Shown: piece after piece, positions 10,173-20,283 of the stretch | Layout: every line of letters starts with the position of its first letter | Position numbering within the stretch: position 1 is the first letter of the stretch | From: Promethearchaeota archaeon | Lineage (GTDB): Archaea; Asgardarchaeota; Lokiarchaeia; Sigyniarchaeales; SOKP01 | DNA: 64,000 nt | Direction of reading: 5' to 3' | Assembly (NCBI GenBank): GCA_019058365.1 | Contig: JAHPZE010000011.1 | Location: 1-64,000 of the forward strand | The notes under the pieces: model-generated | Database searches by the model: none | Told to the model about the DNA's origin: nothing | What the model saw: only the letters and a program-made list of their open reading frames with translations | Made by a program: the position numbers and the translations under genes

Positions 10173-10314
10173 AAAATTATAGGAATACAATTTTTTTGCA
10201 TTTATTAGCATAAATGCAATTATACATTCTTATTTACTATTGTTAATTAATTTTTTTACCGTTATTTTGGCTTTAAATTCAAATTATTCTTTATTATTAT
10301 AGTTTTACTGATGA

Positions 10315-11229
10315 TTACTTATCTTTTTTGAAATCGCTAAGATGTTTGAACCTACCCCCTAATATATTTACCATATCTGACGGAACAATAATCCATGCCC
10401 CCTTTTCTTTCATGGATTCGTAAAGAATGTTCATTGCTCTTAAATTTAATGCAACTTCATCACTTTCATAGATATGAGCTGCATTAATAAATTTATTCGC
10501 AATTTGTTCCTCAGAACCTGCTAGTATAATCCTTGCTTGACGTTCTCTTTCCGCTTGTGCTTGTCGACTCATTGCATCTTGTAATGCCGTTGGAATTATA
10601 ACATCACGAATTTCAACTGAAATAGATTTAACACCCCATTCTTCAGTACGTTCGTCAATTATTCTTTCAAGATCATGCGATATTTCGTCTCTTCCCGCAA
10701 GCATCTGGCTCAATTCTGTCTTCCCAATTATATCCCTTAATGAAGTTTGAGCAGCCCATGAAATTGCAGTTTTATAATCTTGGACACGGAGTGATGCTTT
10801 ATACGAATCTACGACTTTCCAAAACAACACAGCATCAACATTAACAGGTACATTATCTTTTGTTAAAGTTTGTTCAGCAGAAAATGTGGTTGTAATAATT
10901 CGCATGTCGAGAGAAAATGGAATTTTAAAAATAAATGGAAAAAGCCACAAAACACCTGGTCCTCGCATCTTTTTAAACTTTCCTAATAATAAGGTAGGCA
11001 CTTTAATCCATTCGGGGATAATATATAATCCCATGAAAATAAATCCTATAAAAATCATTATAATAATTCCAATAAATACCAGCAAATTAAGCGGAATTCC
11101 AAAAAAATTTAATGCAATTATCATACCTAACAATATAATAATTCCCAAAAAGAAGAGGAAATAACCTAATCCTCTTATTATACCTCCACCGATTAAACTT
11201 GATTTATTATATAATGACATTTTTATCAA
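10315..11229 (-). CDS. SPFH/band-7 (stomatin/slipin) membrane protein
   Basis: GPG, TKDNVPVNVDAV, AQTSLRDIIG, WGVKSISVEIRDV, AMSRQAQAERERQA. Confidence 0.93.
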   Translation of the reverse strand: MIKMSLYNKSSLIGGGIIRGLGYFLFFLGIIILLGMIIALNFFGIPLNLLVFIGIIIMIFIGFIFMGLYIIPEWIKVPTLLLGKFKKMRGPGVLWLFPFIFKIPFSLDMRIITTTFSAEQTLTKDNVPVNVDAVLFWKVVDSYKASLRVQDYKTAISWAAQTSLRDIIGKTELSQMLAGRDEISHDLERIIDERTEEWGVKSISVEIRDVIIPTALQDAMSRQAQAERERQARIILAGSEEQIANKFINAAHIYESDEVALNLRAMNILYESMKEKGAWIIVPSDMVNILGGRFKHLSDFKKDK

Positions 11230-11460
11230 TTCATATGAAAATGATTATAAATAAATAAATATTGGCTAAGAATTATAAGTAAATTCTAGATATTACCTAA
11301 GCTAATGGAGTATTAGTTTTTTTGCAACTGATAATTAACACAGATAAATCTATTATAATCAGCTAAGTTACTTAGAATTAGTAAATAATGATATTGATAC
11401 AATTATATTGACACTAAATAACTTTTTAATTTTCATTACTAAAATTAGGTATTAATTTAT

Positions 11461-12081
11461 TCACTTTATCAATGTTTGGGAAAGTTTAGATGTTAATTCC
11501 ATTATGTCATTTTGAATTGTGCTAACTTCTCTTTCTTTTTCATTTAATTCTTTTAAATGATGAGATAAAACTTTTTCTTCTTCTTTATAAAATGCTTTGA
11601 TTACAATTGCTTTTTCAGGTGATTTTTTTTGAACCGCTCTTATATATTTTAGTTGTAGTTTTCCCAATCTAATTCGAATGTTAGCAGCCTGTATTTTAGA
11701 CTTTGCTAATATTAATTTACTTTTGGCTAACTTTTCTTCAAACCTCGCTATTTCTTTATGATGTTGTGCTAACTCAAATTGATTTTCAGCGACTTTCTCA
11801 TGATAATTTATAAAATCTCTTTCATTTTTTATTACTTCCTCTGGAAATTTTAGTAATAACTTAGATTTTATCTTGTTCTCCAATAATTTATGATTACTTT
11901 CAACCAATTTCTTTCTTACTTGCGCTAATTTTATTTCTTTTTCAACAAACATCTCTCTCGTTTTTACTTTTTTTAAGAGATTTTTTGCTAATTTTTTTAA
12001 TTCTAAGGCAACTAATTTTTCTTTTTTAGCGATTATTATATTCTCATGTGCTTTCATATTAAGATTAAAAATTTTTTCCAT
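11461..12081 (-). CDS. Hypothetical Lys-rich coiled-coil protein
   Basis: 206-aa all-helical, heptad-like ORF with AGGTGA SD upstream. Confidence 0.65.
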   Translation of the reverse strand: MEKIFNLNMKAHENIIIAKKEKLVALELKKLAKNLLKKVKTREMFVEKEIKLAQVRKKLVESNHKLLENKIKSKLLLKFPEEVIKNERDFINYHEKVAENQFELAQHHKEIARFEEKLAKSKLILAKSKIQAANIRIRLGKLQLKYIRAVQKKSPEKAIVIKAFYKEEEKVLSHHLKELNEKEREVSTIQNDIMELTSKLSQTLIK

Positions 12082-12391
12082 GTGAAATTCACCTTAAATT
12101 TTATAATTATTTACAAAAAAGTATCTTTCACAATGTAGTAAACTAAACAATCGTTTTTAGACATTAAAAATTGTAAAAATACTTTTTAAATTTAGATTTT
12201 AATTATAACTTTTAATCAGAAAATTCTATTTTTAAAAGTATGGATAAAATTTCATAAGGTAGGGGACTTAAATTTTTTCATAAAAAATCACATTAATTAG
12301 TTCTATTTGAAAAATGAAAAATCATTTAAATTAGAACTCAACTAACTTGTATTTTTTAAGATTCTATCATTTATGGTTGAGAAATATTTTA

Positions 12392-13138
12392 TTAACCGTT
12401 ATGAACATTGATATTTTTTTTATAATAACATAACCAAATAAAATTTTCAATTATTTCTTTTCCAATCGTGATAGTTTTATTAGCTATTCTCTCATCAAAT
12501 AAGCTTGGATGAAAATAATAAGGATTATGAGTTTCTGGATGAAATTGCAGCGCAAAAATTGGTCTGTCGAGATGTTTCATATACTGTACCATTTTATATC
12601 CTAAAGTTCTAGATGTACTCATGATATTGAACTTTTTTTGAATATTACAATCATTTGGAGATACAAAATCAAGGTGATGGACGTTAACTGGAATACTTTT
12701 TTGAGTAACTAATTCATCTGTTTCTTTAAGTAAAATAAATATTATCCTTCCCCCTAATCCAAAAAGCCTCATCCTGCTTATTTGAGCACCGTACGCATAA
12801 GCAACTAAATGAAATCCAAAGCATAATGCAAGGATTGGTATTTGATTTGTTTGTTGAATCAATAATAATTGAGGCTTAAACTTTCTTTTTAATCTCTCGT
12901 CGTAGTAAAAACTTGAAACATCTAATTCAGAGCCTGAGAGAATAATCCCATTATAATTTTCTGCCATTTCTGTTTTAAATTGAGTAAAATGAATTGTTTT
13001 TAACTCTACTTCTGCTATACAGTTTTTTATAATTGTTTCTATTCTTGTTATTCTATCCGTCGTTAAACCTCGAGAATAATTATCTATAAGCAGTATTTGT
13101 GTAATTTTTTCATTTTTAAAAGAATTTTCTTCACTCAT
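12392..13138 (-). CDS. Class I glutamine amidotransferase / gamma-glutamyl hydrolase-like protein
   Basis: GIILSGS, nucleophile elbow ALCFGFH, catalytic QFHPE. Confidence 0.88.
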   Translation of the reverse strand: MSEENSFKNEKITQILLIDNYSRGLTTDRITRIETIIKNCIAEVELKTIHFTQFKTEMAENYNGIILSGSELDVSSFYYDERLKRKFKPQLLLIQQTNQIPILALCFGFHLVAYAYGAQISRMRLFGLGGRIIFILLKETDELVTQKSIPVNVHHLDFVSPNDCNIQKKFNIMSTSRTLGYKMVQYMKHLDRPIFALQFHPETHNPYYFHPSLFDERIANKTITIGKEIIENFIWLCYYKKNINVHNG

Positions 13139-13155
13139 TAATAATCTCCAATGAA

Positions 13156-13521
13156 TTATGTGTAGTTTTTAATTAAAATCTCAGAGGGATAATATGTATA
13201 AGCATCAATATCACTATCATCTTCTAACTTTACTCTTACTAAAATTCTATGATATAATTTCCCTTCTCCTTCAATCATGTCGATTTGATTAAGGAGAGAT
13301 TTTCCAACACCATAGTATATCTCTCCATTAACACTAGAATTGTTATCATGAATGATAAATGGAAATCCCAAGGAATGTGGTTCCATCTTTCTATAATTTA
13401 ATAGTCTAGCTTTTTTATATTTTAATCCTCTAAGGATATAATTTCGGCTTTGTCCATGTTGTAAGGTACCATAGACGAAGAGTTTATCATAAATATAATT
13501 TTTATAATTGCCTTGTTCCAT
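13156..13521 (-). CDS. Gamma-glutamylcyclotransferase (AIG2-like/GGACT)
   Basis: LFVYGTL, V.GEIY, IDMIEG...LYHR motifs. Confidence 0.92.
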   Translation of the reverse strand: MEQGNYKNYIYDKLFVYGTLQHGQSRNYILRGLKYKKARLLNYRKMEPHSLGFPFIIHDNNSSVNGEIYYGVGKSLLNQIDMIEGEGKLYHRILVRVKLEDDSDIDAYTYYPSEILIKNYT

Positions 13522-13547
13522 TTTCTTAATAATTTTGTTAAATTTTA

Positions 13548-15011
13548 TTAGAATGAAACGTCACCAAACAATCTGTTTAATAATGAATCTGATTCAGATT
13601 GTCCTCTTAACACACGATCATTTTCTACTAATGGTATTTTAAGATTTTGCACTACAAGAGTATTAACAACTCGTATCCCCTTGAAATTAGTGACCATTCC
13701 ATCAACATCATCGTAAGAAAAACTATAGCTTGCTTCTAAATTACCTCGAACTTGAGTACCTGCAGTAATTTTATAACGATTTCCTCTCCGATCAGTGACA
13801 ATTCTTGGGTCTACTAATTCCATAACAACATAAGTTTTTCCTTGTTGTCTCAGTTTTTCAATTTTTCTTGTTTGATATTCTATATTTAGTTCTTTTTGAG
13901 GATAACCAATTATACGTTTTTTATCAGGTAAGTTTTTGATTTGAATGTCTAAATAATCTTGGTATATCTTAGTTTCGTTGATCCATCTTGTTGTGCTAGT
14001 TTCTAAGGATTCAATTACACCGTTTGGTCTCTTGAAAACAGCTTTAGTTCCATTTGCGATTGCATTTTCCACATTATTAGTATGATATGGGTCTTGTATA
14101 ATTTCTCCTGTTGATTGGAGATGTATAGCATGAAGTGTAGAAACACAACAAAGATAAGATAAATCAACTAAATCCTCAGTATTATATTGGACATCAACTA
14201 CACGGACTTCTATCCTATTTCTTGAGGGCAATTCATCGTTATCATCACTAATGTTAGTAAACGGACCTCTAGGGGTTATATCTACTAAACGATCTCCACG
14301 ATTATTAGTAATAACTTTTTTAGAGAACTCATCTTCTTCAAATCCTATTTTAAGTTTGTATCTCATCCGACCATAATATCGCATTGGAATCAAAGCTGGG
14401 CGATTTTCAGGTATCTGTATCAATGCAAATCCATTTGGTTTAAGGACAGTACTATTGGCACATCGATTACTAGCAATATTATTCCAATTTCCTCTATATA
14501 CATAAGAATTTGCTGAAATTCCAATTATTTCTGGAAGATAATCCCACAAATAATTATATACTATTTTCATTTCTTCAGGAGTCATTAGACCACCTTTTTT
14601 TTGGACAGAAACATTAATATGAGTTCCACAAATCGGATTTGGATCACTCTGCACTGGATGGAGACTTTGAGCAAGGATTTTAACTCCAAGTTGTTTTGCA
14701 GCTTCAGTTAATAATTTCCTTCCTTCTTTTACAGCCTGTTCCAGTGATGTAGGGGGTAGAGGTAGAGTAACATATTCAATTTGTGAAGGTGAAGGTTCGG
14801 CATCTAATCCCCGTATTCTGACTTGAAGTGAACTCAGAAAATTTTGATCTTTTTCAAGAATTTCAGCAGATTTTACCATTATATCATCTGCTACTTTTGC
14901 TAACCTTCCATTCTTATTAATAATAAGGAATTCCTCTTCGATACCACAAAGCACTTGGTAAGCCTTATAGATTTCTGAATCAAGTTCTTCTCTTTCTTCA
15001 TGAAATAGCAT
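13548..15011 (-). CDS. Glutamate-cysteine ligase family 2 (YbdK/GCS2-like carboxylate-amine ligase) with a C-terminal extension
   Basis: GIEEEF, QIEY, GTHINVS, SANS and RIEVR motifs of the GS-fold ligases; additional ~110-aa beta-rich C-terminus. Confidence 0.82.
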   Translation of the reverse strand: MLFHEEREELDSEIYKAYQVLCGIEEEFLIINKNGRLAKVADDIMVKSAEILEKDQNFLSSLQVRIRGLDAEPSPSQIEYVTLPLPPTSLEQAVKEGRKLLTEAAKQLGVKILAQSLHPVQSDPNPICGTHINVSVQKKGGLMTPEEMKIVYNYLWDYLPEIIGISANSYVYRGNWNNIASNRCANSTVLKPNGFALIQIPENRPALIPMRYYGRMRYKLKIGFEEDEFSKKVITNNRGDRLVDITPRGPFTNISDDNDELPSRNRIEVRVVDVQYNTEDLVDLSYLCCVSTLHAIHLQSTGEIIQDPYHTNNVENAIANGTKAVFKRPNGVIESLETSTTRWINETKIYQDYLDIQIKNLPDKKRIIGYPQKELNIEYQTRKIEKLRQQGKTYVVMELVDPRIVTDRRGNRYKITAGTQVRGNLEASYSFSYDDVDGMVTNFKGIRVVNTLVVQNLKIPLVENDRVLRGQSESDSLLNRLFGDVSF

Positions 15012-15101
15012 GAGCTCTAGACACTAATCATTTAATTAATCTCTTGTTTAATAAAAAGAAATCATTATTTTAAAATTATTAAACCTACCTATTTTAAAAT
15101 A

Positions 15102-16460
15102 CTACTTAAACATTTCCATAAATGCACCTAAGCGAGTCTTAACTTGTTCTACATTCTCACCAATTTTATTAAAATTTAATGCTATACTGGGAATCTCCAG
15201 TTCTTGGCGAATTTTTTCCTTTAACATTGTGAAACAATTGGATATTGAATGACAGCCAAAAAGCTGAATGAAAACAAGACCATCAGCATTTAATTTTTTT
15301 GCTATCCTCATGTAAGAATCCGAAAGAATATCATTATCACATCCTATTCCATTTACAGTAGCATTCATTAAATAATGAGCATAAGCCTCAACGGGATCAG
15401 ATATTTTAGTAATAGGAATATCTTCTAATAATAATAACATATCCCAATCCGCATATAATGCCCGACCTCCTAATTCATATATTATTTCATGACTTTTTGG
15501 TTCCCACCCTCCAAACATAGGAGTAATTAAAATTCGGGGCATATTAGAAACATCCATACCGATTTTATTTCTGATTCTCTCTTTCATTTCCTTTACTAAT
15601 GATGCCATATTATCTCGATATCGAATTGCATTAGAATTATAATCTTGAAAACTATTGTTTAGTATCACTAATATTTCACTAAATGTAGCAGGATTACAAG
15701 GATAAAATTCAGATTTACTTATATCATAAAGGACAGTTTTATAAGAGTTTCTTATATCGTTAGCAACTTGAAAGTGATTTCGCATAATATTTCTATCAAA
15801 ATTATTTCCACTTACTTTTTCCAATTCTCTGATAGCATCATAAAGATTCTCTGTTAGTAATTCTAATGCATTCCCGATGTTTCTTGGTGGAACGTCTATC
15901 CAAATCTGCTTAATTGGATTTTGAATAGTTTTCAAGGATTCTAAGTATTTATTCCAGGCACTACATCGAATAGTATAATTTAATGTAGCTTCTACATTCT
16001 TTCCTTTACTTACATGCATTCCATAGAGAGATTTTATTCCATAACAAAAATCAGATGGAACTCCATTTTCTATTCCAAGCTCGTACATCTCATTATATTT
16101 TTTATTAACAGTATCTATTACATTTTCAATAATTTCATCTATAATTTTGTTTATATCTCCAATACCAAAATTTTTTATAAATCCTAAAAAATTTGATACA
16201 TTTTTCCAGCCAAAAATATTTGAGGCAGATCCTAAATAAGTTAAATATCTATGCATTTCAAAGTTATGCATTCTAATTGGAAATACGGGGACTAAACCAG
16301 GAAATCCATAAACTAAATCAGAAAAAGGCAACGCAACTGAAATTAATTTCTTTTTTTCTCGAAATTTCTTTCTTTTTAAATAGTCTCGCCCTGTTAAAAG
16401 GTTATATGAGATTCTAAGAACAGAACTGAACCGAACAATTTCATCCGCTATAAGACTCAT
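15102..16460 (-). CDS. 2-hydroxyacyl-CoA dehydratase subunit (HgdA/B, FldB/C family)
   Basis: SDFCYGIK, RCSAWNK, ADGLVF..LFGCH and C-terminal EQVKTRLGAFMEM. Confidence 0.85.
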   Translation of the reverse strand: MSLIADEIVRFSSVLRISYNLLTGRDYLKRKKFREKKKLISVALPFSDLVYGFPGLVPVFPIRMHNFEMHRYLTYLGSASNIFGWKNVSNFLGFIKNFGIGDINKIIDEIIENVIDTVNKKYNEMYELGIENGVPSDFCYGIKSLYGMHVSKGKNVEATLNYTIRCSAWNKYLESLKTIQNPIKQIWIDVPPRNIGNALELLTENLYDAIRELEKVSGNNFDRNIMRNHFQVANDIRNSYKTVLYDISKSEFYPCNPATFSEILVILNNSFQDYNSNAIRYRDNMASLVKEMKERIRNKIGMDVSNMPRILITPMFGGWEPKSHEIIYELGGRALYADWDMLLLLEDIPITKISDPVEAYAHYLMNATVNGIGCDNDILSDSYMRIAKKLNADGLVFIQLFGCHSISNCFTMLKEKIRQELEIPSIALNFNKIGENVEQVKTRLGAFMEMFK

Positions 16461-16463
16461 TTT

Positions 16464-17600
16464 TTAAATCATCTCCAAAAACGCTTCTATCCTAGTACTA
16501 AGTTGTCCTCGTATTGCTCTTGAATAATCTCTTTCTAAGTTTAATACTTGAATCTCTTTTTCCTGTAATCTATTTTTCAAATGTGTTGACATAATAGAAA
16601 TATGATCACAGAACTTTATAATATGATTTATAATCCCTAATTTTCTACCTGTCTTCTTTTTATGGTCTAGATAAATTTTTTCAATTTGGAGAATCTTGTT
16701 TTCTAAAAAATTTGGTACAGAATGATCTCCAAAAATATTGTTTTTAAATCGCTGAACTAATAAATCATAGGGATTCTCCATTGAATCCAAGACGTTGTCT
16801 CCAAAAATTTGAGAATAATAATTATTTCCAATCCAAGTGTCTAAGTAGATAATATTTCCCCCTCCCTCTTCGATTAAATCAATCAGATGATCATCAATAA
16901 AGATAGAACCGCCTGTTAATAAAATATCTTTTAGACCATTAGATGATTGAATTTGATTATCTATGAATTCTTTAATATAAAATTCTAATTTAGGAAGAAA
17001 TGAAGGTCCATAGAGCATAGCATATTGAAGTACTTTTAGTTTTTCGGATCCTTTAATGTTTATAAGGCTAAACTCTAATAACTTTTTTTTGAAGGAATTA
17101 TACTTTCTAATACTCTTCTTAAATTCCTCATCTTGTACTTTATAACCATTAATATTTTCTAATTGTTTTTTTAATTCAAATAGTTCCAATTTGAAATATT
17201 TCAAACTATTCTCATTTTTAGTATATGAAGTATAAAAATTTAAACGAGAAATATTAAAATATTTAGATATTATTTCAGAGGCACAAATATCAGAAACGCA
17301 ATGATTGGAAACTATAAAATAATCAATTAGTTCTAAAAATTTATATTGGTTAGGCTTTAGCGAAAACAAACCAATACACGACTGGGCAAATGCACAAGTA
17401 GAAGGAGGTAAATAATCTACGCTAGCATCCATTAAGTCATCATTTCCCGCAAACATTAATCTTAAAGGAATAAAACCAGCAGCGTCTATTAATTCTTCAG
17501 GGATATTGTCGTGAGAGATAAATCCTACTACTTTTTTTCCCTCCTCTTTTTTTTCTCTTAAAAATGTTGCGTAATCTGATAATAGCTCTAAATTATCCAT
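16464..17600 (-). CDS. 2-hydroxyacyl-CoA dehydratase subunit (HgdA/B, FldB/C family)
   Basis: PEELIDAAGFIP, TCAFAQS, NHC, KFCD, GQLSTRIEAFLEMI. Confidence 0.9.
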   Translation of the reverse strand: MDNLELLSDYATFLREKKEEGKKVVGFISHDNIPEELIDAAGFIPLRLMFAGNDDLMDASVDYLPPSTCAFAQSCIGLFSLKPNQYKFLELIDYFIVSNHCVSDICASEIISKYFNISRLNFYTSYTKNENSLKYFKLELFELKKQLENINGYKVQDEEFKKSIRKYNSFKKKLLEFSLINIKGSEKLKVLQYAMLYGPSFLPKLEFYIKEFIDNQIQSSNGLKDILLTGGSIFIDDHLIDLIEEGGGNIIYLDTWIGNNYYSQIFGDNVLDSMENPYDLLVQRFKNNIFGDHSVPNFLENKILQIEKIYLDHKKKTGRKLGIINHIIKFCDHISIMSTHLKNRLQEKEIQVLNLERDYSRAIRGQLSTRIEAFLEMI

Positions 17601-17707
17601 TTTAGTTTTTTACATCTTTGAATTATTAATCAAAAAAGAGTTAATTATTCATAAAATTTATTATAATGAACTAAAACATAATTTATCAAAAAAAATTGAA
17701 AAAAAAA

Positions 17708-18531
17708 TTAACTATTGTTCTGATCTTGTGCGATTAGAGCGGCTCCAATAGCACCCGTTAGCTGAGCGCTACTTTTTCCATTAAGCATGGGTATAACAAT
17801 CTCAAATCCCAATTCTTGCTCCAGGAAATTCTTAACTCCAACATTTTTAGCAACACCTCCACAGAAAACTAAGACAGGTGCAACACCTATTCGTTTAGCC
17901 ATTCCAGCAACCCTTCTTGCAATTGATTTATGAATTCCCGCAGCGATATCTTCTTTTTTCGTTCCTTTAGCAAAAAGAGATATAACTTCAGATTCAGCAA
18001 AAACTGTACATGTTGAACTAATTGATGCTGGGTTGTTAGATTTAAGTGCTAATTCTCCAATATCCTGGATAGGAACTTCAAGAGCTCCAGCCATCACTTC
18101 AATAAAGCGACCCGTTCCAGCAGCGCATTTTGACTATGCTAAAAAAAGTTTTTATGCATTTTATCATTCATTTGGAAATCAATAACGCTACCAGTTTTTT
18201 TAGAAATTACAATCGCCTTACTATCTTGTCCCCCAATATCTATAACAGAATGGGCTTCTGGAAAGAAGTATTGTACTCCTCGAGCATGTGCTGTGATCTC
18301 TGTAATGCGATCATCAGCAAACGATACAGTATTCCTCCCGTATCCAGTACTCATAACAAAAACATCACTTTTTTTCAGTTTATGTTGTTCTAAAATATCA
18401 TTGAATAAATTACTACCTACACGTTTAAAATCAAATGTAGACCGTCCAACCCGATAGTCAACGATATTCTTATCATCGAGTAACACTACTTTTGTTTCTA
18501 ATGATCCAATGTCAACTCCACATGTTTTCAA
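17708..18531 (-). CDS. hgdC: 2-hydroxyacyl-CoA dehydratase activator (HgdC/FldI-type ASKHA ATPase, [4Fe-4S]), interrupted by a 32-nt insert; 263 aa if spliced
   Basis: 5' half GVDIGS, STGYGR, ITEITAHARG, IDIGGQDSK, FQMNDK; 3' half CAAGTGRFIE, ISSTCTVFAESEVIS, GGVAKN, GAIGAAL. Removing 18129..18160 joins them in frame (792 nt). The ORF track shows two pieces. Confidence 0.9.
18129..18160 (-). other. Candidate bulge-helix-bulge-type mRNA intron (32 nt)
   Basis: Pre-mRNA UGAU-AA|A-AUGCAUAAAAACUUUUUUUAGCAU-A-GUCA-AA|A-UGC: 4-bp central helix UGAU/GUCA, two AAA bulges and an internal hairpin. Cutting after the second bulge nucleotide restores GAU AAA UGC (D-K-C). Confidence 0.65.
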
Positions 18532-18608
18532 TTTTTATAACACCTAATAGTAAATTATCTTGCTGAGATGCAAAATGAATGTCAAAAATTAAAATTTATC
18601 ATATTAAT

Positions 18609-19322
18609 TTAACGTAATAAAAAGATAGAGATTAAAAGAGTTATAAAAAAGGCGAATGTCATCTGAAGTATATTTTTAATAATAGATTCTTTTGAAACTA
18701 CTCCTAAAAAGATACCAAGCAAAATAATGCAAGAGAGAATTAAAAGAAATGATATAATAAAAACTAAAAATGTAGCAGATGGTACAAATAAAAAAGGGAT
18801 TAAAGGTATGATACCTCCTAAAAATGGCGAACCCCCATTTATACAAGAAACAATTATACTAGCAAAATTCTCCGCTTTTTTTTGAAGTGTTTTTTTTTTT
18901 TTCCTCTCTTTTCTCCTACTGATTTTAATTTTTGGATAGACATTCTGATTTATTTTAATCAACATAGCTTTTTCAATTTCTTTTATCTCAACAGAATCAT
19001 CATCAATTGAATCTTCTTCCTCACTTGTTACTATCACCATTGCTTTTTTCAATTCTTCTTTTACTTTTTTTTGTTCAGCTTTTTCCGAAAGATATGATCC
19101 AGTCAAACCTGAAATGAGCATAGATATAGAACTCCCAAACCCTGTTAAAATAACAAGATGGCTGCTTATTGAAACTTGATTTTCATTAACAATTAATGCA
19201 AAAAAACCTAATAGAATCCCTAAGACCGTTAACATTCCATCATAAAAGTTATTTACAAAATAGCGTCTAGCGATTGTCCATAACTTTGTAATTTTTGCGT
19301 ATGTTCGGAATTTTTCCAACAT
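18609..19322 (-). CDS. VIT1/CCC1-family membrane transporter (TTG start)
   Basis: RRYFVNNFYDGMLTVLG, ISGLTGSYLSEKAE, acidic/basic cytosolic loop, PLIPFLF. Confidence 0.8.
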   Translation of the reverse strand: MLEKFRTYAKITKLWTIARRYFVNNFYDGMLTVLGILLGFFALIVNENQVSISSHLVILTGFGSSISMLISGLTGSYLSEKAEQKKVKEELKKAMVIVTSEEEDSIDDDSVEIKEIEKAMLIKINQNVYPKIKISRRKERKKKKTLQKKAENFASIIVSCINGGSPFLGGIIPLIPFLFVPSATFLVFIISFLLILSCIILLGIFLGVVSKESIIKNILQMTFAFFITLLISIFLLR

Positions 19323-19418
19323 TTTATTTATTATTTTAAAACCTAATTGGGATAGAAATTCTCATTAATTCTATTCACATTTCATTATTCTATTAATTTT
19401 GCTTCACACCTTATTGTT

Positions 19419-20078
19419 TCAAAGAAAACCTAGCAAGATGGACACACTTAAAGTTATAACTCCGGCAGTAATTAGATGTAAGGCATATCTTAAACGTCCT
19501 CCACCGGAAATCTGACCGAGGAAAATTCCTAAATAAATAAGTAAACCAGCAAGTATAATATAAGAGAAAATAAAGTGTATAACACTTAGAGAGGTTCCAA
19601 AGAAGAAGGGAATTAAAGGAAGAGAACTTCCAAGAACTGGAGCACCTCCATCTACTAAGGACGCTACAATTGTCGCATACTTTTCAGCTCGTTCTAACAA
19701 TGTTTTAGATTTCTTTTTTTTCTTATATTTATTTTCGTTGTTTTTCAACTCAGGATTTTCATCTTCTTCTTCAACAATCGCCATATCCTTCTTCATGTCT
19801 AAGACTTTTTTCTTTCGTTCAGCTTCTTCGGAAAGAAATGCACCCCATAAACCACTAATTCCTATTGCTAAAGCTGTTGCAAACCCAGTTAGGAGAATAT
19901 CTTTCGGTTCAAATGTAGTGGGCTCTGCTAGAAATATTATAAAAATCCCGCTTACAATTCCTGCACAAGTTAACACGCCATCAAAAGCATTGTTAAAGAA
20001 CTTTCTCCTAGCAATAATTCCTAAATCAGATAATTTTGAATATTCTTTCCATTGTTGGATAGTTTTCTTAATTCTCAT
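19419..20078 (-). CDS. VIT1/CCC1-family membrane transporter, tandem paralog
   Basis: RRKFFNNAFDGVLT, ISGLWGAFLSEEAE, PLIPFFF. Confidence 0.8.
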   Translation of the reverse strand: MRIKKTIQQWKEYSKLSDLGIIARRKFFNNAFDGVLTCAGIVSGIFIIFLAEPTTFEPKDILLTGFATALAIGISGLWGAFLSEEAERKKKVLDMKKDMAIVEEEDENPELKNNENKYKKKKKSKTLLERAEKYATIVASLVDGGAPVLGSSLPLIPFFFGTSLSVIHFIFSYIILAGLLIYLGIFLGQISGGGRLRYALHLITAGVITLSVSILLGFL

Positions 20079-20283
20079 TTAGTTGTTTTTTCACCTTTCT
20101 TGCTAAATTATTAAGCCTAAATCGAATAATTCTTGACAAAATTAATACTTTGATAAGATCTTTATTTTAGAATTTACTTATAAATTAAATAAAGAACATA
20201 TTAAAATTTCTTTAAATACTTAATTTTTTATTGTTCTAATATTTATATTTATAAGAGCTCATTAAATATTTACAGGGATTTTT

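Noticed and set aside
18125-18162. hgdC insert explained as a transposon footprint with an AAAATGC direct repeat
   Set aside because: Removing one repeat plus the spacer deletes 31 nt and leaves the gene out of frame; only the 32-nt BHB-type excision restores D-K-C. Not fully excluded if a homopolymer error is present.
17708-18531. Two separate genes, or a dead pseudogene, for the activator
   Set aside because: The halves are exact complementary parts of one HgdC with all motifs intact and no other lesions.
18890-18902. Long T homopolymer as a phase-variation or frameshift site
   Set aside because: It encodes a poly-Lys run in frame, mirrored by a basic run in the paralog; such tracts are common in this AT-rich genome.
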